This document shows positions 1 to 12,042 of a stretch of DNA of 64,000 bases, in pieces. A model generated the notes under the pieces. That model searched no databases and had not been told where the DNA came from. It saw nothing but the letters and a program-made list of their open reading frames with translations. This DNA is from Zancudomyces culisetae HAW-14-8 (lineage: Eukaryota; Fungi; Kickxellomycota): assembly GCA_052426225.1 (NCBI GenBank), contig JBNJNM010000007.1, forward strand, positions 372,001 to 436,000, read 5' to 3'. A program made the position numbers and the translations under genes. The first letter of the stretch is position 1. Every line of letters begins with the position of its first letter.

Positions 1-363
1 CAGACCGTGGCTCTTGTTTCATTAGCAGTGCAACAACAAACGTCTTCGAATGGTTGGAGTCAAACACACACCTAGTACCTCCTACCGTTCACAAAGTAAT
101 GGACAGGTAGAACGTCTCAATCAGACGTTAAAAAATACTCTTAGAAAACAATGCCGCGAAGATACTAAATGCTGGGACCGATATCTATGGAAGTCGTTAT
201 TAATCATACGAACACTAGTTTCAAAGTCAACGGGGTATAGTCCAGCTCAATTACTTTATTGGATTCAACCAAAAATATCATCAACATGGTCTTATAATGG
301 TGATATATATATAGAAGAAGAGTTAATACTAAACAGGATTAATATGATAAACGATTACTTACC
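1..363 (+). pseudogene. Truncated Ty3/Gypsy integrase core fragment
   Basis: Translates TDRGSCFISS...HTPSTSYRSQSNGQVERLNQTLK...WDRYLWK, similar to the integrases of E1-E4. Frameshift near 53-56; cut at 363 by the TGTCA terminus of S0. Confidence 0.85.
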
Positions 364-774
364 TGTCATGAAGTGATTCTAGAATGTTCGAAAACGTTCT
401 AGAATCATCTGATTTTATTCCGCAGTAATGTTTAGAATGTTGGGGAACATTCTAGAACATTACCGAAAATTCACATTATTTATTAATTTTTCTTACGTAA
501 TAATTTTCACATGTTTAATTTTATTAGCATTCGAGTTTGATTTTTGTTTGATTACTAATCCAATTTGATTAGTAATCAAACACGTTATTCTTTACCTTTC
601 ATTTTTAGCTATTCCGCAGTTTTCTAGTGATTTTGTTCAAAAACCAAGGCTGGAAAAAAGTATAAAAAGGGTACAATTTTTCTGTCTTGGATTCAGTATC
701 TAGTATCTTGTATACATTCATACAATAAACTTTAATAATAATAAATATAACTTTCCAGACTCCAGATCTTGACA
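364..774. mobile_element. Probable solo LTR S0 (411 bp)
   Basis: Termini TGTCA(364)...TGACA(774) coincide with the end of the integrase fragment and the exact point where the E1 3' LTR stops matching its 5' LTR. Flanks do not match, so there is no TSD. Confidence 0.65.
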
Positions 775-906
775 GAAAACCACAATGGTGAAAACAGATG
801 TGCAAGCATCTGCAACAATCAGACAATCAGTATGAATAATAGAGATTTACAGTAGATTAACCTACTATACATTATCATCTATATATTCATACGACATCCC
901 CCCCCC

Positions 907-3900
907 TTAAGGTTCGATAGTCCCTATCGACCTCCTCCTATCTCTCTGATCTCGTAAACTCGAAATTATTCGTGTCGAAATCACATTTGGAATTCCGATC
1001 GTGTTATATGGCTTGAGTCTATCGCCATTGATTATATCGTGATTGTTGTTCAAATCGCGTACCATATATGTTCCATTTTCTAGCACTCTAACTACTTCGT
1101 ATGGCCCCTTCCATTTCTCTGCAAATTTCGATTCTGGAATATCATTGTGCTTTAACACCTGCTGTCCTTCACTAAATTTGTATTCTTTTACATTGCTGTC
1201 GTACCTAAATTTCTCATATTTTTTATTAGTTTTTAGTTTATCTACTGCTAGCTCTCTCAATTCTTTAAAATTTTTATTAACAAATTCAAGTCGCTCTAAT
1301 ATTGCCTCATCTAAGTTTTCATTAGTATTAATGTTATTCCATGACTCTGGTGTAGTGATATTTAAACCATATAATAGCTCTGCAGGCGATTTTTTTGTAA
1401 CCCTATTTTTAGTACTTCTTATAACCAATAAAACTTTCCATAAATATTTATCCCAATTTGTTTTATCATTTTTGCAAATTTTTGAAAGGACATTTTTTAT
1501 GTATTGATTTTGCCTTTCTACTTGACCATTTGATTGTGGTCTATAAGCTGTAGTAGGGTTATGATTTATGCCCATAAATTCATAAAATTCAAGTACTGTG
1601 TCACTTAAGAAGTTGGATCCTCTATCTGTTATCAATTTTTTTGGTATCCCATAATTGGCTATTACGTCGTAAACTAAAAAATTAATTATAGTATCAGATT
1701 GAACTTGTTCAACAGCTCGACAAATCGGCCATTTAGTTAAATAATCTATCGCGGAAATAATGTATCTATTTCCTTCTGTTGAGATTGGATTGATTGGTCC
1801 TATTATGTCTAATCCTATAATTTCGAATGGTTGAGTAGCAATTATTGGGTTTGCTAAATTTTTTCTTATTCTTGATGATTTATATCGTTGACAAATATCG
1901 CAAAAATTAACCACATGTTTTGTAATCTCGAATAATTTTGGTGAATAATATTTTTTCTTAACCAATTCCCATGTATTGTTAATTCCAAGGTGATTTTCAT
2001 TATGAATTTCGATAATTTTTTCCTTACAATTCAACTCGTGTAATACCTCTCGTATTCCAAATTTAGATGAGTATTTGTATAATTTATCATTCTTCAATTC
2101 GAAACGTTTAGACTTAGTTCGTAATTTGTTTTTGTAAGTTTCGTCACTATTTGAGGGGTAAGTGTTGTTAGTCAAATAATTTTTTATAACTGTGTAATCG
2201 ATAAATTCCATGGAGAACAACGCCTTTGAATTTTCTTCATCGTTTGTAGTTTCTTCTGTTTTATCTACAATTTCTTTTTCTTCATTTTTCTTTTCTTTAA
2301 AGTTAATAAAACTAAAGTCCTTATACACTAATTCTTCACTTTTTAAACCTTTTTCATTTGTATCGTCTGTAGTATAATCCGGAATACACCTCGATATTAG
2401 ATCTGCAGGGTTATTCTTTCCCTTTCGGTGTTCTAATGTATAGTCGTATTCTCGCAAAATAATGGCCCATCGAGCTAGCCTTCCTGATGCTTCCTTGGAG
2501 TCGAAGAGTCTGACCAGCGCTGAATGATCGGTTACAATTTTAAATTGCCTTCCCCAGATGTAGTTTCTGAACTGGTTAACTGCGAATATTATGGCAAGTC
2601 CTTCTAGGTGAGTTATCGAGTAGTTTTTTTCTGATTTTTTTAATGATCTACTTACATATGCTATAGGATGTTCTTTTTGGTCCTGAACTTGGCTTAATAT
2701 ACCCCCGATACCTTGTAATGAAGCGTCGGTTGTAACTATGAAAGGTATATCCCATTTTGGGTGTGCCAGCACTGGTGCGGTAACTAGTTTTACTTTTAAT
2801 GTATCTATTGCATTTTGGCATTCCATATTCCATTTCCATACTGTATCTTTTCTTAATAAAGAGTTTAACGGTCCTGCAATCATTGCATAATTATTTATGA
2901 ATTTCCTGTAATAATTCGTTGTACCGAGAAAGCTTTATAGTTCTTTTACAGTTGTAGGAGTTGGAAGTTTTTCAATGGCTTCAACTTTTTTTTGATCTGT
3001 TTCAATCCCGTTTACGGAAATAACATGTCCTAAATAGTTTAGTCTCTTTTGTCCGAAACTACACTTACTCGAATTTAATTTTATTTTATTACTTCTTAAT
3101 AGATCGAATACCTTTTTTAAATCCAGTACATGTTGCTCCTCATCTTTAGAAAACACAACGATGTCGTCGACAAAAACAACAGCAGACTTCCACAGTACTG
3201 ATTGCAAAACACGTTCCATGAGTCGTTGAAAAGTTGGAGGGCTGTTACAAAGGCCGAAAGGCATTACATTGTAACAGTATAGCCCCTCCCCTGGGATAGT
3301 GAATGCAGTCTTGTGCTTATCTTCTGCTTTCAATTTAACCTGCCAAAACCCCGACAGCGCATCTAGGGTGCTAAAGATACCAGAACCTGTAAGTACTTCG
3401 AATATATCACTGATATTAGGTAGTGGGTAGTTATCCTTTTTAGTCACAGAGTTAAGTTTTCTGTAATCAGAACATATTCTCAACGTTCCATTCTTTTTCC
3501 AAACAGTGACTACTGGAGCACACCAGTCTGACACACACGGTTCAATTATCCCTTTTTGCTCCATTGTTTATATTTCTTTCCTAACCATATCTTTCATAAC
3601 ATTAGGAATTCTATAGGGTCGTAACTTAACCGGTTGTGCATCACCTGTGTCAATACTGTGTTCTACTACGTTAGTAGAAGTGAGTTGCCGGTACTCTTCA
3701 GCGAATATATCCTGGTAAGTGTTTATCAAGTCTTTTATTCTCTGGTCTACTTCATTTGCATTTTCCATCTGATTAACAATCTCTTTTCCTATCCCAAAAA
3801 TTTCGATATCCTTATAGCTTGATTTTTCTGATCTGTTAACTTGAACTTCTCCATCAGTTGTAAAAGGTAATTCCACTGTAACATACTGCTTTGATATGGT

Positions 3901-5617
3901 TATTTTCTGCTTCTGAACATCCATATTAGCCTTATACTTTTTCATCCAGTCAATGCCTAGAATTAATATGTTGTTTGGTATATTCATAATGATAACTTCA
4001 GTATCAAATAACTCTTCTGCTATCTTTATAGGTAAATTGTGAATTTTTCCCAAAGTATTGTGTCGCGCCCCATCGGCGGTTATAATTGATTCTGCAGAGC
4101 TTGCATCTACTTTGTATTGCAACTTCTCTACCAAAAGTCTTGATATTACACTGCATGCTGCGCCAGTGTCTAACACTGTAAGACATTCGGTTCCTAATAT
4201 TTCTACCGTTGTCCTACAATTTGTAACTTTTTCACTACATATAGAATTTATAGCCCTAACCTTAGCAATATTATTATAGAAACTTTCCAACTGTGATTTA
4301 ACGATTGGAGAAATTTCAATTAATTGAGGTAAACTAATATTTGCTTTTACTCTTCCTAAATCTTCAACTAATGAATACGATTTGCTATCATTGTTACTGG
4401 ATGAACTTGCCGATTTTTGACTACTTTGAGCTGAACGAGTGTTAATAACCCTACTGGTCGAAGGTCTCTTGCTTCCTTCAGGAATAGAAGTAACATGATC
4501 CGTATCCATTGGTTCGCTGTCATTTCCTTCAGTGTTGGAGTGTAATCTCTTTACTACTTTGGCTGTCCCTGCCTGTGCATTAGATTCTTCAGCGTTTTTT
4601 CTCTTCTCTGCCATGTACAATTCTTGGTTCCACTTCCACTTCCAAACAGTTAATCTCTTTTACTTCCGCATTGTTGTTTGGTACCGATTTATGAATCTCT
4701 TGATCATTCTTTACTTCAGTTTTTCTGTCTCCATTATCATAATTTGAGTAAGTATTCCTCTGGTAATTTCTTTTATCTTGTTGCTGATAGTTTGAAAACT
4801 GATCTTTATTTTTGTTGAAGTAATTATTGTGATTTTGATTATTGTTTCGATTACCATATCTTTGGTTATTTTGACTATTAGCCTTCATAAAATCCATTAC
4901 ATTAACATTTAGGCTATCGAATTTTCCAATAAGGACCTCCATCTCTGTACAATTTTTGTTTCGAGCATCATTACTGCTTCCATGATACGTTAAGTTGTTC
5001 ACAGTGTTTGTGTTAACGACTCCACTCAACATATCTATGTCTTCTTCCTCACGTAATGTATTGATTGCGCTTTCGTACGTCTGAACTTCTCCTTTAATTA
5101 ACAATCTTCTCTTTTCTGGGGTTATAGCATTCCAGAGATATTTAATTTTCATCTTCTCGTCTGTGATCTTAGCATTCTTTGCTAACTTGCCTAACCTGTA
5201 TGATAACATATCAATGTCTTCACCGGGCTCCGGTCTAATGTTTTGAATCTCAACCCATGCATTATATTCTTGCTGCCTTCCAGCAAACTTGCTTGTGAAC
5301 AATTGCTCCAATTCCTTCCATGATGTGAACTTATCCTCATTGATCTCAAACCACATTCTCGCCTTTCCCTCCAAATAATATTCCATTATCTCTACCGTTT
5401 CTACTTCACTCCATCCACCATGTGTAGCAAAGAGATGGTATCTCTTTAGCCACTTTAATGCATCTTCTCCATTATCAGGGTTAAACTTTTCTGGTTCAAG
5501 TTTATTGCTAACCATTCGCTTCTGCTGTTTTTCCATTACAACTTCTGTACTTTCGGTGTTTTGTTTTTGTTTATTTGCACGATCAGTGCTAGATTTTTCT
5601 TTACTCGGTATTGTCAT
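907..5617 (-). pseudogene. E1 gag-pol, disrupted
   Basis: Protease LDTGAA, RT FVDD, RNase H TDAS, integrase HHCC/DDE and GPY motifs. Frame change near 4625; in-frame TAA stops at 3568-3570 and 2935-2937. Confidence 0.92.
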
Positions 5618-5670
5618 TTGTATGACTTAAATAAAATCAATGTAACTACAACTATGAATACTTTAGTTGT

Positions 5671-5688
5671 GTCCTGGCTGGATCACCA
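5671..5688 (-). promoter_or_regulatory. Primer-binding site of E1 (TGGTGATCCAGCCAGGAC), probably tRNA-Arg(ACG)
   Basis: Starts TGG, 5 nt inside the LTR. The identical 18-mer is in E2 and E3. Its complement ...TCCTGGCTGGATCA-CCA resembles eukaryotic tRNA-Arg(ACG) 3' ends; tRNA identity is inferred. Confidence 0.8.
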
Positions 5689-6121
5689 TATTCTGTCGTA
5701 TGAAAAATTGTATATTGTATAAAAATATTGAGTGTATTACAGTACGACGAAGCTGTAATCACTATTACTTAATGTTTAAAATTGGTCCAGGACCTTCCTA
5801 AAATAACTAGTTAACTGTAGAAAGTAGCTTTTATTTAGTTATCGTTGGTATAATAAACGCTAGAAGAAAGAGTATAAAATCCCGAACAAGGTATCCTTAG
5901 ACCTTGTCGACGCTATTTAAGTAGTTTGTTATATAAAGTGCTATAAAATCCTAATAGTAATAAAGTAAACCTTTGTCTGATTGTTGCTGCACAAAGGAAA
6001 ACCACAATGGTGAAAACAGATGTGCAACCATCTGCAACAATCAGACAATCAGTATGAATAATAGAGATTTACAGTAGATTAACCTACTATACATTATCAT
6101 CTATATATTCATACGACAAAA

Positions 6122-6718
6122 TGTTGTATGCAAAAGCATCAACTTAAATTTACCGCTTTCATTGCAGCAAAATAGCAGAGAAATCAATTTTGAAAAAATT
6201 GTTTCCTGCGCAATTCAATTTAGAGTACAAAAATTATGACCATGTCATAAATTTTTGTCAATTTTACAGCCAATTTAATAGTACAAATCGATTTATTTTT
6301 TAATCGAATCGATTTTATACTTTATTAGTGGATTTATTTTTAATCAATTTTATTAGTAAATTATTAGTATAAATTGAAAAAATTTGTAAATCCGACCAAA
6401 ACCACACTAAAAGTAAAAATAAACATATATAGAGAGGCGTAATACTATTTTTTTAGTGTAAGGAAAGGGCCATTTTGGCTATATTTTCCAGGTTTTGGGC
6501 GGAATTCTTTTAAATAAAATTATTTTTACCAAAAATTGTGGAAATTGTCCAGTTGTGTTCTTTCCGAGGGGGTTTTATAGATAGAGGTTAACTGGCTAGA
6601 AATGGTAAATCCTGTGTCAGTAATAACCACCCTTCTAGGGAACCGTGATTGATATTAGTGGAAGTTTTTTGGGAAAATCCTATTGGACTAGTACTAAAAA
6701 ATGAAAACGAATTCAACA
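6122..6718. mobile_element. Solo LTR S1 (~597 bp)
   Basis: Termini TGTTGTAT...TTCAACA, wedged between E1 and E2 with spacers AAA and AAT; no ORF. Confidence 0.75.
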
Positions 6719-6940
6719 AATTGTCGTATAATTTATAAATTATTTTTTAAGTCGAAACTCCATGATGAATTTATTTAGAATTTTGTTGCCTTATTATACT
6801 TTTTTTAGACAACCAATTTACTAAACACTAAATTTATACTTAACTAACTAATAATTAAATCATACTAAATTAAATTATGCTGTTTCCCCGTGTAGTTGAT
6901 TATTTGCTTTTATCAGGTTATCAAATTCACATGTCGTGGT

Positions 6941-7030
6941 TGTAACATTCTCAGATTTTCCAGATGTAACTTTCTCAGATTTCCAGATGTAACTTTCTCA
7001 GATTCCAGATGTAACTTTCTCAGATTTCTT
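6941..7030. repeat. ~23-bp tandem repeat (about 4 copies) in the E2 LTR; also at ~11860-11950
   Basis: Unit GTAACTTTCTCAGATTTCCAGAT with a variable T run. Confidence 0.9.
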
Positions 7031-7133
7031 CAATGTTACGTGAATTTAATATTACCAATTTTGGAAATTACAGTCATTTTTACTCTTATATAATTTACGG
7101 TAATTTAAATTCACGACAGACCCCCTCTTAATT

Positions 7134-10100
7134 TCAGACGTCCCGATCTGACAAGTTAATTGACTTATAGAACTGTAAGGACGTGCGGAGGTTACTAGGA
7201 GCAACATCAGGAATCATATATCCTCTGTCATTATATGGCTTTAATCTGTCACCATTGACATGATCCTTGTTACCTTCATTATCCATGATAATGTAAGTAC
7301 CATGATCCAGTACCCTAACTATGCGATAAGGGCCAACCCAGCGAACTGAAAATTTGTGCTGGGGCATCGCCACGGCTCTAAGTACTTGGTCATTTAATTT
7401 GTACTTTGTTGGACTAACTTTTTTATCATAATGTGTCTTTTCGTAGCGCTTATTTGCTACCAACTTAGTGTACGCTTGGTCTCTTATTACTGGAAGCTCT
7501 TCTTTGATAAACTTGAGCCTTTCCAATATAGCTTCTGATTCATTTTCACTGGTTACCACAGGATTCCAATATATGGGTGTTATTATTTTTACACCATACA
7601 GACTTTCAGATGGACTTATACCTATACTCCGGTGTTTCGATGAACGAATAATTAGGAGGACTTTCCACAAATACTTATCCCAGTTGGTCTTGTCTTTATA
7701 GCACAACTTTGACAAAACATTTTTGAGTGTTTGATTAAACCTTTCTACTTGGCCATTGGCCTGTGGCCTATAAGCCGTAGTCGGGTGGTGATCAATACCC
7801 AAGAACTTATAAAATTGAACAGCCGTTTCGCTTATGAAATTTGAACCGCGATCGGATATCAATCTCTTTGGAACACCGTATAATGCGACTACATCATAAA
7901 TTAAGAAATTAATAACTGTTTCTGTGGTGATGTTAGCCACGGCTCTTGAAATTGGCCACTTAGTGTTGTAGTCCATGGCGGTCAATAAATACTTGTTGCC
8001 GCTGGATGATACTGGGTTTATAGGGCCCATTGCATCAATACCTAGTATTTCGAATGGAGCTGATGAACATATTGGACTTAAAGGGTTAACTCTTTTTACA
8101 TGCCCTTTGTACTTTTGGCATAACTCGCAAAATTTTACGACTCTTTTTACTATATCAAACATTCTTGGGCCAGTGTATAACAACTTCACTTTTTCCCAAG
8201 TGTTACCAACTCCACTGTGGCCATCTTCATGAACTCTTCTAACAACTTCTTCTGCGTTTTCTTCATTAAGAACTTCCCGTTCTCCAAATTTTTTACTTAC
8301 TGTTACTAGTTTTCCTTCACGCAGTTTGTACGGATTAGTTTGTTTCTAAACTTTTCTCTTTCTTCTTCAGTCATACCAGACGGATATGACCTATTGGTTA
8401 GGTATGATACTAGAGAGTTGTATCTTAGAATGTCCATAGCAAACAATGCGTTTGAATTCATAGTTTCTGGAACGTGTGGATCTGGGCTTGATCTAGATAA
8501 ATAATCAGCGGGATTATTAGTCCCTTTGCGATGTTCAATCTCGTAATCATACTCTTTTAATATCAATTCCCATCTAGCTAGACGACCGGTAGGCTCTTTG
8601 GATTTAAAGATATTAATGAGTGCAGAATGGTCAGTGATAATTTTAAAATGTCTCCCAAGTAAGTAATGTCTGAAGTGAGTAACTCCCCAAACTACACCTA
8701 GTCCTTCTAGGTGAGTTATAGCATAATTTTCTTCAGCCTTTGATAATGTACGGCTTGCATATGCTATAGGACAATCTTTTCCGTTGTAGTTTTGGCTCAA
8801 AATTGCGCCTAAACCTAATTTGGACGCATCAGTAGTGATCGTAAAGGTCATACCCCAATCTGGGTGTTTCAAAACTGGTGGATTGATAAGGATCTCTTTA
8901 AGAGTGTCTACAGCTATCGAACAGCTGCTGTCCCAGTTCCACTGACAATCTTTTCTTAGTAACTTTGTCAATGGTTTACTTATCTTTGCATAATCTTTAA
9001 TAAACTTCCGGTAATACCCGGTCATGCCCAAGAAACTTTGAACATCTTTTACGTTTTTAGGGTACGGAACTTTTGCCATAGCTAAGGTCTTGTTGTGGTC
9101 AGTTTCAATTCCTTTCTTTGAAACTACGTGCCCTAAGTAGGAGATGCGTTGCTGAGCGAATACGCATTTCTCCTCGTTTAATTTTATTTTTGCGCTCAGT
9201 ATTAGTTCAAATACTAGTTTTAAATCAATTAAATGTTGATCAAAAGAAGATGAATAAACAACTATGTCATCAATAAAGACGACTACTGATTTCCAAAGAA
9301 GTGGCTGCAATACGGTCTCCATTAAACGCTGGAACGTGGCTGGACTATTACTCAGTCCGAACGGCATTACTTTATAACAAAACAACCCTTCTCCAGGGAA
9401 GGAAAAAGCGGTTTTTTCTTTGTCTTGTTCCCTGATTTTCACTTGCCAGAACCCACTTAGGGCGTCTAGCGTTGTGTAATACTGAGCTCCTGCAAGTGCA
9501 TTGAAAATATCTGATATGTTCGGGAGTGGGTACGTGTCCCTTTTAGTAACGGCATTTAGCTTACGGTAATCAGAGCACACCCTGAGCTTACCGTTTTTCT
9601 TCCAGATGGTTACCACAGGAGCGCACCAGTCTGATTGGCACTTTTCAATAACACCATTTTCCAACATTTTTGAGAGTTCTTCTCTGACTTTCTCTTTCAT
9701 AGCTTGTGGGACCCTGTAAGGTCGTAGTCTGATGGGCTTGCTATCTCCTGTGTCTATTTCATGCTGAACTAGATCTGTACTGGTGAGTTCCTCCAATGAC
9801 GATGCGAATATCATTTTGTAGTCTGAAATTAACTGGATGATCTCTGTATTGGTTTGTGCTGTGCCTTCAATTAACGAAACCTCCTTTGCCCATCCTACCA
9901 GTTCATCGCTGCATTTGACCTGAGTAGATATATCCCATGAAATATTGCTGTTTTTGTAAGGTATGGACGCCTTGTCATTGTTTAAATCGATGATGACGTT
10001 GTGTTTCTTTATCCAATCTACGCCTAGCACAAAGGTATCATTGTTATTTCCTGCCATGATCAATACATCTGCTGGGAAACTTATGTTTTTGATGAGTACT

Positions 10101-11548
10101 GGGACTTTCCAAACCTTTCCTAGAGTCACTTGTGGGGTTCCATCGGCCATGAGGAGTATTTCTTGCGCCGAGTGATCTATACTCAACTGAAATTTATCTG
10201 CTAGTGCTTGTGTCATCACACTACAGGCTGCGCCTGTGTCGATTACCACTGTACATTCGCAATTGAACAGAGATATGGTGGCTTTGCAGTTGGTGCTAGG
10301 AGGCTGAGTTATGGTGCTTAGGGCTTTGACATTTTCTAGGTTATCCGTTCCGCATACTTCCTTAAGTTCTGACCTGACCATCGGCGAGACTTTTATCAGC
10401 TGCTCCAAGGTTATACTAGCTTTGATAGATCCTAAGTCTTGTTTAACTGAATAGGTTGGCTTGTCCCTTGCCTTGGCAATCATTCTTTCCATTGGTTTCC
10501 TTTGTCCTTCAGGTGTTTCCTGGTCTGTTTTAAACTGCGGTGCGAGAGAATTAGCTATTTCATATTCCTCGTTTACTGCTTCATGTTTTTCCAACTTATT
10601 TTTCTTTTTTATATTTTTATCATTTTCTGTAATTAGTTTACGCTTCTCGATAATACTGAGCTCTTTCCAGCGGAGCTCAATATCATCTACTAAGTCATTT
10701 TGATGGTCTTGAAATAACTCTACTACACTTAGCTCTTTTCCTTTATTGTTGAAGCTGGGTTGGATGGTAGGCCTAGCTTTTAGTGGACATTGCGGACTTA
10801 TATGCCCGACCTCATTGCAGGTGTAGCAGGTAGGTGTAGTGTACTTGAAGGTCATGTTAGCTTCATTACTACTATGGTTGGTGGGCTTTGCCTGTGGAGG
10901 GTTAGTATCAGCTTTAGGTCTAGGCTTAGTGCGGTGGGATGCCAACTCTTTGCCTGGATGAGTCTGAATTCTTGGCTCCTGTCTTCCTTCTGAAACCCTT
11001 TTATCCCTTCTTTGGTTGTAGGTGTATACGTTGTCCTGTATAAACCTTTCTAACTCCTCTGTGTCTTTTGCCTTTTGAATGGCCTCGTCATAGCTGTTGA
11101 TTCGACTTTTCAGGATCTCAGTTTGGTAACTTGGTAACAGGGCGGTCATAAGGCATTGATACTGGATAGCTTTGTCCGTGACTTTGGCAGATACAAATAG
11201 GCTCTCAAGTCTACTTATAAAGTCTTCTATATCCTCCGAAGGTAACTGTCTGATTCTTTGTAGTGCACGCCATGAGTTTAATACGGATTCCTTGCTTGTG
11301 TACTTCTTCAAAAACGCCTCCTTATACGTTTTCCAGGTAGTTTCTTCACTTTGCACGGACTCATTCCAAAGTATAACTCTCGGGCCATAGTAGACGTCAA
11401 TATACTCCAACTTTTGTTCATCAGTCCAACTCTCACTACGGGCGAACAGTTCAAACCTTTTAATCCAGATGTTTGCATTCTGGTCTGAGGATCCATTGAA
11501 TACTGGCGGTTCTGCGAGTCTTGGTACTCTTGCTGAATTTCCAATCAT
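7134..11548 (-). pseudogene. E2 gag-pol with a single frameshift near 8340
   Basis: CCHC knuckle CYTCNEVGHISPQC, DTGAA, FIDD, RNase H, then integrase in a shifted frame (...PYKLREGKLV...HEDGHSG...). A 1-nt deletion or a sequencing error. Confidence 0.85.
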
Positions 11549-11597
11549 GATTTTTGCTTAAATTTGCTGTTTGTTACTCAATTTCCTTTCTGTTTGT

Positions 11598-11615
11598 GTC
11601 CTGGCTGGATCACCA
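11598..11615 (-). promoter_or_regulatory. PBS of E2
   Basis: Same 18-mer as E1/E3, but 25 nt from the LTR end. Confidence 0.8.
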
Positions 11616-12042
11616 TTTATTATATATTTATTATAATTACTGTCGTATAATTTATAAATTATTTTTTAAGTCGAAACTCCATGATGAATTTATTTAGAAT
11701 TTTGTTGCCTTATTATACTTTTTTTAGACAACCAATTTACTAAACACTAAATTTATACTTAACTAACTAATAATTAAATCATACTAAATTAAATTATGCT
11801 GTTTCCCCGTGTAGTTGATTATTTGCTTTTATCAGGTTATCAAATTCACATGTCGTGGTTGTAACATTCTCAGATTTTCCAGATGTAACTTTCTCAGATT
11901 TCCAGATGTAACTTTCTCAGATTCCAGATGTAACTTTCTCAGATTTCTTCAATGTTACGTGAATTTAATATTACCAATTTTGGAAATTACAGTCATTTTT
12001 ACTCTTATATAATTTACGGTAATTTAAATTCACGACAAAATA

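Larger units (their letters stand above)
775..6118 (-). mobile_element. Ty3/Gypsy LTR retrotransposon E1 (degenerate; 3' LTR truncated)
   Basis: 5' LTR 5694-6118 (TGTCGTAT...ATACGACA). 775-896 matches 5997-6118 with 1 mismatch. PBS 5671-5688; G-rich PPT 897-906; domain order gag-PR-RT-RH-IN. Confidence 0.95.
6722..12037 (-). mobile_element. Full-length Ty3/Gypsy LTR retrotransposon E2
   Basis: Apparently identical 397-bp LTRs 6722-7118 and 11641-12037. PBS 11598-11615; PPT AAGAGGGGG 7121-7129; 4-bp TSD AAAT (6718-6721 / 12038-12041). Confidence 0.97.

Noticed and set aside
4589-4640. Possible programmed gag/pol frameshift in E1
   Set aside because: The three relatives read through this region in one frame, there is no clear slippery site, and E1 carries other lesions.
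5676-5687. GGCTGGATCACC matches the 3' end of bacterial 16S rRNA (also in E2 and E3)
   Set aside because: Only ~12 nt with no rRNA context; the position beside the LTR and the CCA end identify it as a tRNA PBS.
6941-7030. CRISPR-like appearance of LTR repeats (also 23092-23168)
   Set aside because: Contiguous tandem repeats with no unique spacers and no cas genes, in a eukaryotic context. The CAS1-like gene here is an unrelated acetyltransferase.
6896-7093. Identical 65-aa ORFs at 6896 and 11815
   Set aside because: Artefact of the duplicated LTR and its tandem repeat.
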